From NCBI GenBank assembly GCA_050084515.1, contig CM114271.1, forward strand, positions 43,028,001 to 43,092,000: 64,000 nucleotides of DNA, given 5' to 3'. The notes under the pieces were generated by a model. That model was not told the origin of the DNA. It did no database searches and saw only the letters and a program-made list of their open reading frames with translations. The DNA comes from Blasia pusilla. Taxonomy: Eukaryota. The position numbers were made by a program, and so were the translations under genes. Within the stretch, counting starts at the first letter, position 1. Every line of letters starts with the position of its first letter. Below, piece by piece: positions 10,331 through 33,019 of this stretch.

Positions 10331-13041
10331 CCACCACTAAGTAACCAAGTGACGTCGATGTCGTTGTACTATTCTAGCTCTACTAGCTATGGGTGTAGGC
10401 AACCTAACCTGTCATCACCACAAGAAGCCTCCCACGGTATACTGGTCATCACTCCAGCCTTACTACCGGTAGCACACAGGAATAACACTACTCAGGAAAT
10501 CAACGTCAACCGTAACAATGGGCGCGCAAGCAAGAAGCAACGATGGAGGGGATCCAAACACAAGAAGTCCAACGACAATCCTCCAATCGCAAATGGAAAT
10601 CAAGGTAACACAATCCACCAAACGTGGCGCCCCCTAATCCACAAAACCCACCACATAATTCTTACGCAATAGCTACTCCGCCGCGGGTCGATGACGTGCT
10701 AGTCGGACTCGCAGCACCTGAAAATATCACCTGGATGGAGAGGCTACACCGTACCATGCGCTAGAGGTCCATCAACCAAAAACCTGAGATGCATAAAGCG
10801 CCTAACACCTCTCCAAACAACACCAAATGAGCTACACTAGTGTGTACACTGGCATAGTTAAGAACTTAGCAGTTAAGCGTCTTCCAAGCAGAATAGCCCA
10901 AAGATGGGTGACCAATTATGCAACACTCAAATCACAAATCCTGCAAAAACTGCCTCACGCCCAAGCAAGCATGCTTGCTTGCTTGCTCCTTGCTCCTTAC
11001 TCCCCCTCTCACGCCCACTCGCCCTGAGCTACCACGAGTTGCCTCGAAGCCTCAAAACGCCGAGACATGCCACGCTTTTCCACGCTTCGCTATGGAGAGA
11101 GGCCCAACCAGGGCGCCCCCAATGGGATAGGTGTCTCCAACAATGAACGAGTCACCAACCAACCAGGCCCTTCGATCCGCTGTCCACCATAGCTAGTCCG
11201 CAAAATTTTGATCAGCAATTACTCCACAAATCCTCAACCAAAATTGAATCTTCTTCAACCAGAATTCAATTGACCACCATAGCTATCTCTCCACAAAAAA
11301 TCAGCTACAACTGAGCTCTGTACTCCGAGCTAAAAATCAGACAAACTTGCTGTCCATACACCTCAAGAATCGCAAATCCGACAGCGCTTCCGCCCAGTTT
11401 CATGCACGCAGAAATCCGCAACGCTCCACACACTCAAGCAAATAGCTTCACATGAGATCACAATACAAGTAGCAATAGGAACCTCTCACCCGATCTGGAT
11501 GAACTTCAACAGAGCTTCCGCACTCCAAGCTCTCCACATCAGAAAACCATCGAACACGAACTAGAATCTTCAATCCTTGATAACTTCCAACTCCCTTGAC
11601 AAAATCTGCCGATCTAAAGCACGTTGGAAAGCTCTCAGCAAGGCGCTTCTTTCCCAACCAACCATGCACCAGATTCACACCTCCAACATAGGCCACAAGC
11701 CACAAAAATCCACGGTTGAGTACACAATCAGCCTTAACCAAATCCTACTGATCCACAATCGAAGCTATCATCGATCTACTTCAGTTCTTTGAGTGAAATC
11801 CGTGAAAGACCTACTATCATAAAACACATATAAAATCACATACAATCGAGCCAAACCCACTCCACGATGGGAGAATCTAGGTCGAAGCTTGCGGGAAACA
11901 CCATAGCCAAGAGCTCTACTGACTACCAAGGCTAACTCCCAACGCAACAGGCTCAACTCAAAGAACTGACTATTCTTTGGGTGCACTCCACACTATATCC
12001 TCCAACCTAAGAGCGGGCCCTATTGGGAAAGTCACCCCCAACTGAGTAACCCCCAACCCTATGTATGAAACCGCATCTCTACCTAGCCACTACGATCCTA
12101 CATAAGGTTTGGCCTCTACTAGCACACTATATTCTACGACATAATCCGTATGGTCATGACAGCCTTCACCCTCCTTGAGACTCTCGCATATTTCCATAAC
12201 CACAGATTGATGGGTGGGTGCATGGGGATCTCCATACCCATGATATTTGGTTGTATTTCCCAATTGGGATTTTCAATCGCCAAGTAGTTCCTCTTTCGAC
12301 TCTCGACACACTTTAGTGTTTGTCATGATCAGTTGGTTCCATTTGATACCCACATTTGTACATAGCTGCAGAGTTAACAAAACATCATTTGATACGCTTG
12401 AATGCTTCAACCATATTAGAAGATCATCATCCATTCACGAAGTTCATTCCCACAAGATCCAAGGAAGATAACATAGTGGTTTTGTTGGATTCCCAATCCT
12501 AGACGATGGATATTCATGTTATTGAGGCTTTAGTTATTTGAGATTAATTACCACCTCAAGCAGATGTAGAGGGTCCTACATTAGAGGTTGTAACCAATTT
12601 GTCAATGGATGTGCCAAGCGAGTCCTTCACACACACTAGATTATGAGAGTGTGGAGATATTAAGTGCATTGGGACTACCACCAATTGTTCCAGTGGGAGA
12701 CCCAGCCTCCACTCAAGTTTGCAAATTTAAAGAAAGTTTAGTGGAAAATGGTGGAGGATTTGAATCATTTTTTTCACACTTCGATGAGAAAGAGGGTGTG
12801 GGATGGCAGGAAGTGTAACATCCCCTTGCATTCATATGATCCTTGGATGAGACGTGTTTGGAAGGACACAAGATCTCGCTGCATGAACATTGGAAGGGAG
12901 TGAGGAAGGAAGATTCAACTGCAAAGAAGATTCATGCAGATGTTGTTTGAACATTGGGGAATGAATGTGGAGTGGAATACATTGTTGTTGGGACCTAGAG
13001 TAGTCACTCAAGCTACCACATCAAGGGCTTTGGAAAAAAAT

Positions 13042-14960
13042 TGTCGTGCACCTACTCTCCTTGAACGTTAATCTTTGTTGTTGCGAAAGCATGCGTTCAA
13101 TAGGGCAAAATCTCAACGGTGATCTGCATCCAAACACGCACTCACGTTAGTCGAGTTTGGATCAATCAGCGATTCTAACTTGCCGAGTTCTCGACTCAGC
13201 CTCTTATCAAGCTCGACCTTCCTAGTTTCATGGTTTACAACACATGCAAGTCTTTGAAGACTTGGGACAGACTTTATGTTCGGTTCAAGAAACTCAAATG
13301 ATATTTTAAATGCCTTACGGTTCCAACTGTCCAATGGACCTCCAATGAGTCCCTAGCTGCGAGTCACAAAAATGAAACGTGGGTTGGAATTCAAGTGTGG
13401 CTTACGAAGTCCACTCCCTTGGATCAGGTTTGGGTTTCAAGTTCCAAAGCCAAACTCCCGTTCCATCTCGTGCCCTTGAGACACCGTTTGGTGCTCAAAG
13501 TGGGGTTCGTGTTCCAAGACTCCTTGGAGAGATTCCCCTTTACTTGTACTTGTGGGGATCCCTGTCCTCCCCCTAACTTTAGAGAAAGATAATCGGGCCC
13601 CTCAGATTGACCCTCAACCTGATTGCTCTCATAGTTGTTTTTGGCCAATATCTCAGCTTTTACTTATGCATTTGCTAAGATCTTTAGTGCGTTGGAAGCG
13701 TCTGAAGATACAATTTCCAATACTACCTTACTTGTCCCAAATGCATCTTGGGGCTAAACGTTATGGTCCAAAACATATTCAAAATCCCCAAACGCTAGTC
13801 GTGTTCCAAAACTGATTCTCACCTCTTTGGCAACCAACCTTCCTAGACCCAACTCATCTCAAGTCTTGGTTCACGTTTGGTCCAGGTTTCCTAGTCGCGA
13901 CCAAAAACGCATGAAATGCACAACTTTGTTCCGTATTTCATCTCTTGGACTTTTCCAAGAGACCTTTCCAAAAGCCTTTTTAGAGCGCGATCATTGTAGC
14001 GTGAGTCCACTAGAATTCTAATGTTCCTCTTGGTGCCTATTTGATGTTCATTTGGTTATGAGGGCTGCGAGACTTACCCCTCCTTAGAAGTTTGATGAGG
14101 ACATCAAACGTAATTTTTTTTTATGTTAAGTTATGGGAAGCCGACCCGGTAACACTGAATTGCGTTGTGGTAGCTAACCCGCAATTCCTCTTTTGGCTTA
14201 ATTCTTGGGCTGTCGCTTGCAGGACTTAGATTTATTAGCTTTTCCACTTGAATCAGCCTAGACCAATTCTGTAGAACTAATCTAAACTATCAAAATAAGC
14301 AAACTAAGCCTGCAACCTAAGACTTCATTTACTCACTATTTGTAAACATCCGCATGTTTACCTAACCAATTCGTACTACTTTCGGGGCACTCATATTCTA
14401 CTTAGGCGCGGCACTAAGTTCACTCATGCAACATGAATGAGATCACCATAAACCTCAAGACAGACTAATTTGCCCCGCCGACGTTAGGGCGGGTCCAAAT
14501 GTTAGCACTTCAACACTTGATCTAGATGCCTTATCTGAATTACCAGCTCTCATCTCAAATACTCATTGTTTTGCCTCTTTAACCTACATCCTAAGCATAT
14601 GAAGAACTACTAATTTTCATGCACTACCATTCTCAAAATCACAATCACTAGCATCGAATCTCCAAATCCATGCATTCTTTATTGCAACAACTAAACTTTT
14701 CTAGTTACAACGGGTTATCGGCCCAAGCTTCTTGGTCACAAGTTATGTCCTTTGCTTCACCATGTACTAACGTATATGCCTATCTTACATCCATTTGAAG
14801 TCTCGCAATGCCTCTTGCGCGTGTTCAAGATTTGCCTCCGCAATCCAAGTCGCCTCTTTCACATGGTAGCCTTTCCACTTGACCAAGTACTCGCACTTGG
14901 TGGCTCTCGTCCGGAACGTACGATGGTCTCCATCTAGAACTCTGGTTCCTCATTTTTGAT
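13042..14960 (-). mobile_element. 3' fragment (chromodomain, 3' UTR, PPT, LTR 13042-14072) of a relative of the 47691-54921 chromovirus
   Basis: Minus strand encodes YLVKWKGYHVKEATWIAEANLEHAQEALRDF. PPT AAGGAGGGGTAAG precedes the LTR; the LTR end GGAGAGTAGGTGCACGACA is homologous to 54901-54921. Confidence 0.85.
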
Positions 14961-16648
14961 GACAACAGCACAAGAAATATTAGGGGCAATAAATTCCAAG
15001 AGGTTGTAGGATGGATCCTCAACAATTAACTTTGCAAGCGTGTGACATCGATTTCAGCCCTTCAATGAGTAGCTTGTATTGCATTTGCAGGCAAAGAGTG
15101 ATAGTCCAACAAGACATTAGTGGCTATTTCCTTCAGCGTTTTGAGTTAACTGTAGGACACGGTAGAGCACATATCCTGAAAATGCTACACCATCAGATTT
15201 GGAGTCTTCAAGATTGTAAATAGCTTTCTCCTTGCCTTATTTTCCAATTCCTTGGCACCATCAGTGTCATTTCAGATCTCCCATTGGCAATCGCTCATGT
15301 CTCCTTTCACAAGTTTCTCACTCATCGATTTAGGTTTACAATCTAGCAATATGAAACTATCACTTACGGGATTTCTCCGTACCCAAAAGCATTTTGAGAA
15401 AATTCTGGCTCGGACTTTTTTTCCGCTTGGGCAAGCATTCTCGCACCAAAGCAAATGGAGACAAGCTGATATTACGGGGATTGACATTCCACGACTATCA
15501 TGGTGTGTTTCTGCAAAAGAGAAAATTAGGGCAGAAGCTTCTTCTTGACATTGATGCATGGATAGACTTAACAAGGTCTGGTGTCACCCATCAGCTCGAT
15601 GACTCAGCCAACTATGCCGAGATCTACAACTACCATTCCCCCAACTACATTTAGGTTTCAATCTTTTCACTCATTATTTTTTAGGTGGGCGTACCCATTA
15701 GACTCTCATCATTAATTAGTGCTACATGCATCTTCCGTTTGTAGCTTCTACCCTAAATTCACTTTACTACGATCGAATAAAAGCCCTACCAATAAACTTA
15801 CTTATGCGCCTACGGTAGTCAATTTTTATTTTATTCACTATATCCACCCACACTTAAATTTCTTCCTTCGGGATGTGGTATTGATTGCTTCTTATGCAGC
15901 AATCTACCAAAAATTGCAAATAAATGAGACCTTACCTTTAACCATCTCCTACCTTTTTCATCTCACTTCTCCTTTAGACTAAGCAACCAAATACATGTGT
16001 TAATTAAGATCTAACCTTCACTCCTTTTTTTCATTACTGCAATACTACATAAGTCTAGACTTTTCCCCAACCTAATCTAGACTATTCTAGGCCGCATACT
16101 TGTTATGCTAGTAGAGTGAAGTCACCACATCAAACTCAACTTTCTTTACAAGCGTTCTATAATGAAGTACTACAAGTAGTCGATGACATATCGACAATGT
16201 TCTTACAAAAAGCTTACGCCACCACATGATGCCATGCACCAAGTATTTGAAGAAGCCTGTGCTTTCCATGCGGTCGTGGATGCCCTAAGTTAGCTATGAC
16301 TATCTACAGCCTCCGGTGGACCTAACGAAACAAGAGTCTCGCACGAAGGCACCGGTAGCGCTTCTTTCTCCTGTTTGTGGGTCGTCGAGGCTGAAGGTGA
16401 GGTCCTCCGAAGGAGAGGACCGATTGCAATGGGCGTACGAATCAATTGGGAGTAGAGGCAGGTGACGGTATCAAATCGAAGGCATAGCGGGGGCTGGGTT
16501 GTAGATATTTGAGTTGGTCGGTGGTGTTTCACGAGGGAAATTTGCCGACTCGAAATTGCAGAGTAGGAGCAAGGAGTTGCGATTGCTATTTTGCTTAAAC
16601 GTTCGTTGGAGCGGAGGAACGAGAAGTGAAGTTGGAAGAGAACTAGGA

Positions 16649-26041
<9,393 letters not shown>

Positions 26042-29000
26042 TGATGGTCCAGGCAGGTCTGGTGGATACAAGGGTACTGGCTGTAACTTTCCAGATTGTG
26101 GGATCTTAAAATAGGATTGGGTTTGTGCATAAAGGGACTCAAGTACAGGTACAGGGGATGTGTATTATAGTCTGAACTCGGGAGTTTAGTGTGCAACAAG
26201 ATGACTAAATGAACACTTCTGAATTCAACATGCAATAGGGCAGTTGGATGACAGAAACGCCAACAGGATGTAGGAACACTTTGTTCGGACATTGTTTTCC
26301 TGCGACGCTATCCTATGGAGTTAGAAATCAAGAAATTAAAACTTTTATGTGTTGGCATGAGTGCTTAACGACAATGAGAAATCTGGCTCTAATCAAAGCT
26401 GGCTATGACTTGGAAGCTTCGAGTAAGTGACATAAGGGACAGAAGGGACATAATCTCTTGCATCTTTCAAGGATTATACATGCAGCGGGGCCATAGTGAT
26501 GGCAAATGTGTCTTTTTGAATCGCATGCAAAATGTAGTGGTTCAATTTAGTGGGTCTAAGTTTTGTGTCCTGACGTTCTGGAGAGATTATCTGAAAACAC
26601 TAGACCAGGAATGAAGTCGAGTAATTAATTCGTGGCCACGAAGTATCGTAAAAGTTACCAAAGAAAAGTTGGGAATTATTTGCATGAAAATGGTGCTCTT
26701 AAAGTCGAAAATGCCCGGGGGAAAGTATAATTCCGACAAAACTCACATCTGAAGCTTTGTATGAGGATAACTCACTCGCTTAAAGATGCACTAGTATATC
26801 CATGCACGGGTGAAAGGGCCTGCTCATCTGTCATGTTAAAACTACACGAGTCAGCACCAGTGAAGAAAAAAATATGAGGGGAAAGTGTCCTCAAACCCCG
26901 AACTCTTACTCATAGCTGTCACATATAGCATGTACAGAGTTTTACAAGGGGTTCAGGCCGATTATAATAAGATGATCACTATACAAGAACAAGTTTTTCA
27001 TGCCATGATTCACCATTGTCAATCTTCCACAAGCATACACCTCTAACACCGATACGAATGTACATAAGCTATTAACAAAATGAGATGTATGTAGACTTAT
27101 GGTAGAATCTGTCAATATGTCCAAATCATCAGCTGGTTTCAAACTTTGTCAAATCTAGTTTCAAAAGCTATTTTGGTAGACTTTGGTAAAATTCATTTTA
27201 ATATGAATGTTGTTTTTAGAAAGACAAAGGAAGGAGGAAGGAGCTGGAAAATACAAAATGGAATGAAAAAAAGAAAAAGCCAATACAGAAACCAACTTGA
27301 TAAGCAACATGATAAATAAGTTTTACGAAACACAAAAGTCAAGATCCTTCCTAATAGAAAGCAAAAACATCCTAAATTGGTTTAGCTCCCGAAAGTAAGA
27401 CGTTTTTAAGGGAGCATAGATTTTTAAACTTACAAACACCACGTTATTTGACACATGATAGCTAGAAACAAAAATATTTTCCTAACATGGACAACAAGAA
27501 AACATTTTTTTGGAATTTTTTGGCATCATAATTATTACTGGTGCAAAACAGGGGGTTCCCTCTAGTATTAGTCATCTGAATTGTAATATAACTGAAGAAA
27601 TTGAAGTTTAGACCCAATGTTTTTATCTGCACTGTTTACATGCGACTAAATTACGTAACACTGCGACTAAATGGTGTTTTAGGGTAAATGAAGAACCATA
27701 CTTCAATTAAAGATGGCTGGAATAATAACATTTGCCCAGCTAGCAGTTAGGTGGTGCGACAAGTGGCTTTGCTGTCTTGCAATGAGGAAACGCGAAGTAA
27801 AACAGAGGACTCAAGACTGAGTTCCCGGGTTCGGGGTCGAACGGAAGAAAAGAAATGCGGATTCACACCACTTTCGCTGACGTAGAGCTCAACGGACGCG
27901 TGTCGAGCCTCGTTTGCAGATTAGCCGTTATCCCAGGTGACGCCAATAATGAGTGAACAAACCCCTCCTAATGCAGGTCATTTCTTTATCCAAACTCTCG
28001 AATCATTGTTTCACACATCCATGAGCCTCGGACATACATGCACAAACTCCATTGCGATCTCGTAACGTAGAGTTCTATATCGACTTCAGCTCCTCAGCGC
28101 TGTGCGAACCCGCTCAGACATGCAGCATCTATGTCCTCCAACCCTCGCTGCCAGCACGTCCGCACCCTGAAAAGACCCACCATGACAACCGCTTATCGAT
28201 CCTAGATCTCAAAATCTAACGATTGGAGGCGAAGCGTGTATCTAATCCCGGAGACATAACAGGCGAGGAACATCGGGACACATGCTCATGGAACCTTCCG
28301 ACAGGACCCAAGAGCACCACGGCACTTGAGTCGAGGCGGACCGAGTACATTACTACATGTTCCGTCGGTGTGCCCTGTGCGCGCGTCCGTTCTGTGCAAG
28401 ACGGGTGGACGCGTTTTTTGTTTTTCTGATGGGTTCGTCACTTTTTCCCGCGTGCAAGACGACTGGATGTTTCGTTCTAAACATAGATTTGATGAGTTCA
28501 CTTCTCCCTCCACGCCGGCGGTTTGTGGCCGGTTACACAAATCGTTGTGCTCCTCTTCCATTGACACTACGTCGATGGGATGCAGTCAGTCGGTATGTGC
28601 ATTACATGAGTACGCCCCATCCGGTGTGTTCCATCCAAACGGTCTGGCATTCAATGCCGGGGACGCACATTTTATAACTAGTAAGCGGCCCTGAGGTCGT
28701 AATAGAATTCAGTAAGGAAATAATAAATAAATAAGAAGATAGACCTGACATCACCTAAAGTGAAAATTTGCAAATGGGAAGATATGGTATACTTGTAAAG
28801 TGGCTACTAATCCACATGAAGTCGAGTTGGAAGAAATTGGGATCCTCTAAGACTGCGAGTTTTATTTAATTATAACATTTATTGTACATGCACGGGCTCG
28901 AGAGAATGCTACTGTTGGCAACATGTTACATTTTCTTTTTGTTCAAGGCTTGGTTGAGTGTATTGAAATTTAATAGATATTTGATTGAATGACAAAGAAA

Positions 29001-29814
29001 CTTGTATGCGAAATTTATGGTAGGAAGGTGGTGTGTTGGTGAAAGAAGTTGCAGTCATTGAGAGAGGAGAGAAATACAATTCGTTGCAGATCTTAAGGCT
29101 CATAGAAGAAGAAGTGCTTTATGTAAGAAAAAAAATCAAGGAGTACCTTGCATGGGACATGAAGACATATTGTGAATGAAGAGCGATTTTTGCAGGTTTT
29201 AAAGTAATATGTATAGTTTCAATAATCTTGTACGACTGGTTGGCATAGTTTGTTATAATAATAAACTATGAGAATAAAATTATAGTATTGTAGAACAACT
29301 ATTTGATGCTAGCAAGTTGCACTTATGTTTTTGTTATGCATTTATGCATAACTGCTAGCAAGGAATTCATTTATTTTTGTGCAATTTTTGCTAGATTACT
29401 CCATGATGTCTTTTGTAGTGGAACAAAGAATTTCCATACGACACTTTGGGGGAGATTGGAGATCGAGCCCCAGAGATCGTAGATGACTTGATAATGAGTA
29501 GGGTAATGCGCAAGAGCATGTTCCCCCTTTTTTTGGGGTCATTTGGAGACTATTTGAGGTACTCCCTATTGTTAGAGAGTTGATTTTCTATTTGTAGAAA
29601 GAGACCTTGACCCACTATTACAAGTTTAAGGTCAAGGGAATGATCCATGTGCATGGGTTGTGAGGGAGAGGACTTGGGGAGAGAGAGGGTATATTTTAAG
29701 GGGAGAAAGATTGGGAGATCATGCTCTCTTTGTTGAATCTCATTTGGATAAGGCGGTGGAGCTATGGTAGTACTAGCCTCATCATGAGAGTGGGTTTGGG
29801 GAGAGGGAGGGAGG

Positions 29815-29818
<4 letters not shown>

Positions 29819-29902
<84 letters not shown>
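29819..29902. repeat. (GA)n microsatellite
   Basis: About 42 perfect GA units. Confidence 0.98.
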
Positions 29903-29906
<4 letters not shown>

Positions 29907-31271
29907 TTTGTGTGTATGAGAGATCTATTTCTATTTCACAAAATTGATACAACAAACGATGCAACTATGGTTGAGTGAGTCATCCCTCCATGGGTTTCAA
30001 TTTTCGTAGAGGAGGTACCCTCTCTTGTCTCCTCCTTGTCATCCGCAAATGGTTGTGTCCATAACACATTGTGCAGGTTATAGTAAAGCCTTATGATCTT
30101 TATTTTTGCCAAGAATTTGGTTGAAAACGTACTCATGGTAGACATCCATTAACGATCCTTCCAAATTCTTGAACATATAGCTCTATGTTGTGAACGGGTT
30201 GAATTCTCGGGAGTTCCTTGTACTCTTAGAGTTGCACCAACTTCAAAACTTTGCAATTAAGTTGTGCATCTGGATAGTCCCTAACAACCCCGCAACTCTC
30301 AAAAACCTATGAGGTCATCTACATTAGTTGTATATCTTGTATGCCAATGGATCAAAGCCACTCAATGTCATAGGTGACGAAGCCCTCCTCCAAAATCTCT
30401 CCTCCATCTAAAGATGACACATACGGAGGTCAAGACCATTGAGAAGACGACAAGAGACAGTTATGAGTGGCAATCAAACATAATATAGAGCAAAGGCCAA
30501 AAAATTGGAGTCACTGATTGTAAACAAGGTCGAAATCATTGGCAATATACTCAAGGTGAACTCGTTGGCGGTTAGCTTGTAAATTAGACATTACATGTCT
30601 GTTATAATAGCACCATGGAAAAGACGACAAGAGACGATTAGTGAAAAATAGAATATGGTTGACGGGATAGAATGATGGTCGCAATGTGACTGATGGTGAG
30701 GTTGACAAACGGTTCCCAATCGGATCAACGTGAGTGACACAAGGTCGTTCAAGCCAATAGCAAAGTAGGTGTAGGAGTGCAAGGTTAGACATGCAGTTCA
30801 TCACTCTATTTAGGGGGGATGGAGCCAAACATACTTAGTCACGGCATTAGGCTGACCGTTCACACAAGCTTAGGGTGGCGATTAAGAAAGGATGCAAACT
30901 TGAGAGTTAGCAAGGACATATGTGTATTGGACAAGAAACTCCATTAGAGTAAGGGCGGTTTGTGTAGAATGGTAAGAGATGCAACCTTGCTTTATCACAC
31001 CTCACATATATTGAGGAATATATTAGAGGTGGCAAAGGGTATTGAGCCCAACATGGTGGAGAAGAGCATCATGACCTTGAGCTATGCCAGAGAGGGGTGG
31101 AGAGAAGTCAACACACCATATGTGCAACAACCTAGGATATAGGGTGGTCATTGAGATCCCATATACGTAATTGAGACCTATACCCTTGTATATATGCAGG
31201 TCACCAATAGCTAGGATTGATTTTTTTTACATGTGGTGGGGCCTAATGTTAGAGAGATTGTGCATGCCAAG

Positions 31272-31643
31272 CAGGGTTGCACATGGACAAAGTCTGTGCC
31301 CACGGCCCGCACCCAAGCCCACATCCATTTTTTGGCCCATGGGTAGCCTGTCTATGCAGGCTTGGGTACCCACGGCCCGCACCCAAGCCCGCATCCATTT
31401 TTTGGCCTATGCGTAGCCGGCCATGCAAGCCCTGTACGGGCCCATAGGGACTTGACCCTGCCGTGCGGTCCTGCTGGGGGCTAGTGCAAGCTGCGCTCAG
31501 GCCACAAAATGGGTGCAGGCTCTGCCAGCCGTGATCTACACGACTAGCTCAAAAGCTCAAGGATGGGCTCAAATGGGTGCCGGAGGTACCCGAGCGACAT
31601 GTTCGTGGACATATCCAGACTTGTCTGTTTCCGTGCAACCTTG
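31272..31643. mobile_element. hAT-type MITE
   Basis: TIRs CAGGGTTGCAC / GTGCAACCTTG; perfect 8-bp TSD ATGCCAAG (31264-31271, 31644-31651); GC-rich subterminal repeats. Confidence 0.9.
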
Positions 31644-32659
31644 ATGCCAAGGGAATGGGTCTGCGCTTAATTCCAACCCCTGGACTAAATGGACCACATT
31701 AAAGTATTAGATTGTGATGATTTCCAATAATATGGCCATACTTGTGAGAGTTGCTTTGAATTACATCCCTACTTCCCAAGTTACCACTAGATAGAATATG
31801 TGAGAGAATATCAAAGAGAGCTAGAGGCCTAGGAACAATCATACGACATGGAGCAAAGGGACTTATAGATGGTCCAATGGAAGAATGAGGTAATGGATAT
31901 GCTTATGGAGGTGGTCATTAAGGCCCTGCTAGTGAGGATTCGATAGCTATCAAGATTGAGGAGATGCATCAATAGATTACAACAATAGCGTTGAGATTAT
32001 TGGATGCTAGATCAATGTCATCCACCCCTTATGGAGCAAGTAGGGACGTAAAGAATCACATATGGATTTGTAGGGCTACATAAATGAAGGAAGATGTCGT
32101 GGTTACAAGTGGAATAGCGGTACGTGGAGACTTAGTTCGAGGGACCTAACCACTAGCTATAGGGACAACTGGAGATATTTCGGTCACTACTCGCCTCCAT
32201 GATTGGATTTCCTAGATGAATGAGTTAGTCCATTTTTTTCTGTATTTGATTAGTGTTCTATATCGATATGTGTGCGTACAACAACTATCACATCTTTTGT
32301 AATGGATAGTAAATTTTTTATGCGACATGTCAAAGAAGACCAGAAGCTAAGCCCAATAGGTTATAGATATCATGTTGAGAAGTAGGGTAATCCACAAGAG
32401 TAGGTTTCCCCTTTATTTTGGTCATCTGGAGCTAATTTAAGGAACTTATTGTAATTTTGGATAAATTCACTGTTGTTACAAAGTAAAATTAATCTTTTTT
32501 AGAAAGTAACCCATGAACATAAGTTTAAGGTCAAGGAGATGACTTGGGGAGAGAGAGGGTATATCTCAAGGAGAGAGTTGGGAGCTCATTCCCTCTTTGT
32601 TCAATCTCATTTGCATGAGACGGCGAAGCTTTTGTGCTCCTTGCATTGTGAGTAATCCC

Positions 32660-32791
<132 letters not shown>

Positions 32792-33019
32792 TGTTATATG
32801 CGTGAGATCTTATATTTCATTGGAGATATTTTGGTAACTATTTGCCTCCGTGTTTGAAATTTTAGGATGAATGAGTTAAGGAAGGTTAGACAAGGAAGGT
32901 GATCAATCATCTTTTGTTCTTGTTTATAATGCATTCAATTTATTTCCATTATTTTTGTCCCTGTTGGAGAGATACTATATTTATGTATGATGGAATGCAT
33001 TCCTCTGTTTTTATACAAG

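Larger units (their letters stand above)
7167..12161 (-). mobile_element. 5' half of copy 1 of the DNMT-carrying Gypsy element (B 11794-12161, PBS 11781-11793, gag, PR, DNMT-N)
   Basis: Starts TGTCATGACC at 12161 (-); the coding sequence breaks at ...LLDAA and resumes at 1691 (+) with RVG... Confidence 0.9.

Noticed and set aside
1-12161. A single ordinary LTR element bounded by the 1-1437 and 10747-12161 repeats
   Set aside because: Both repeats include PBS and leader, so both are 5' ends, and the internal halves are on opposite strands.
1691-12161. DIRS/Ngaro tyrosine-recombinase element, suggested by the split repeats
   Set aside because: No YR motifs seen; an aspartic protease, a DDE integrase, a PPT and TSDs are present.
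12162-13041. Possible degenerate gag on the minus strand (YHGYGDPH)
   Set aside because: Only one weak motif amid many stops.
27900-28700. GC-richer patch with short ORFs
   Set aside because: No recognisable domain or supportable exon structure.
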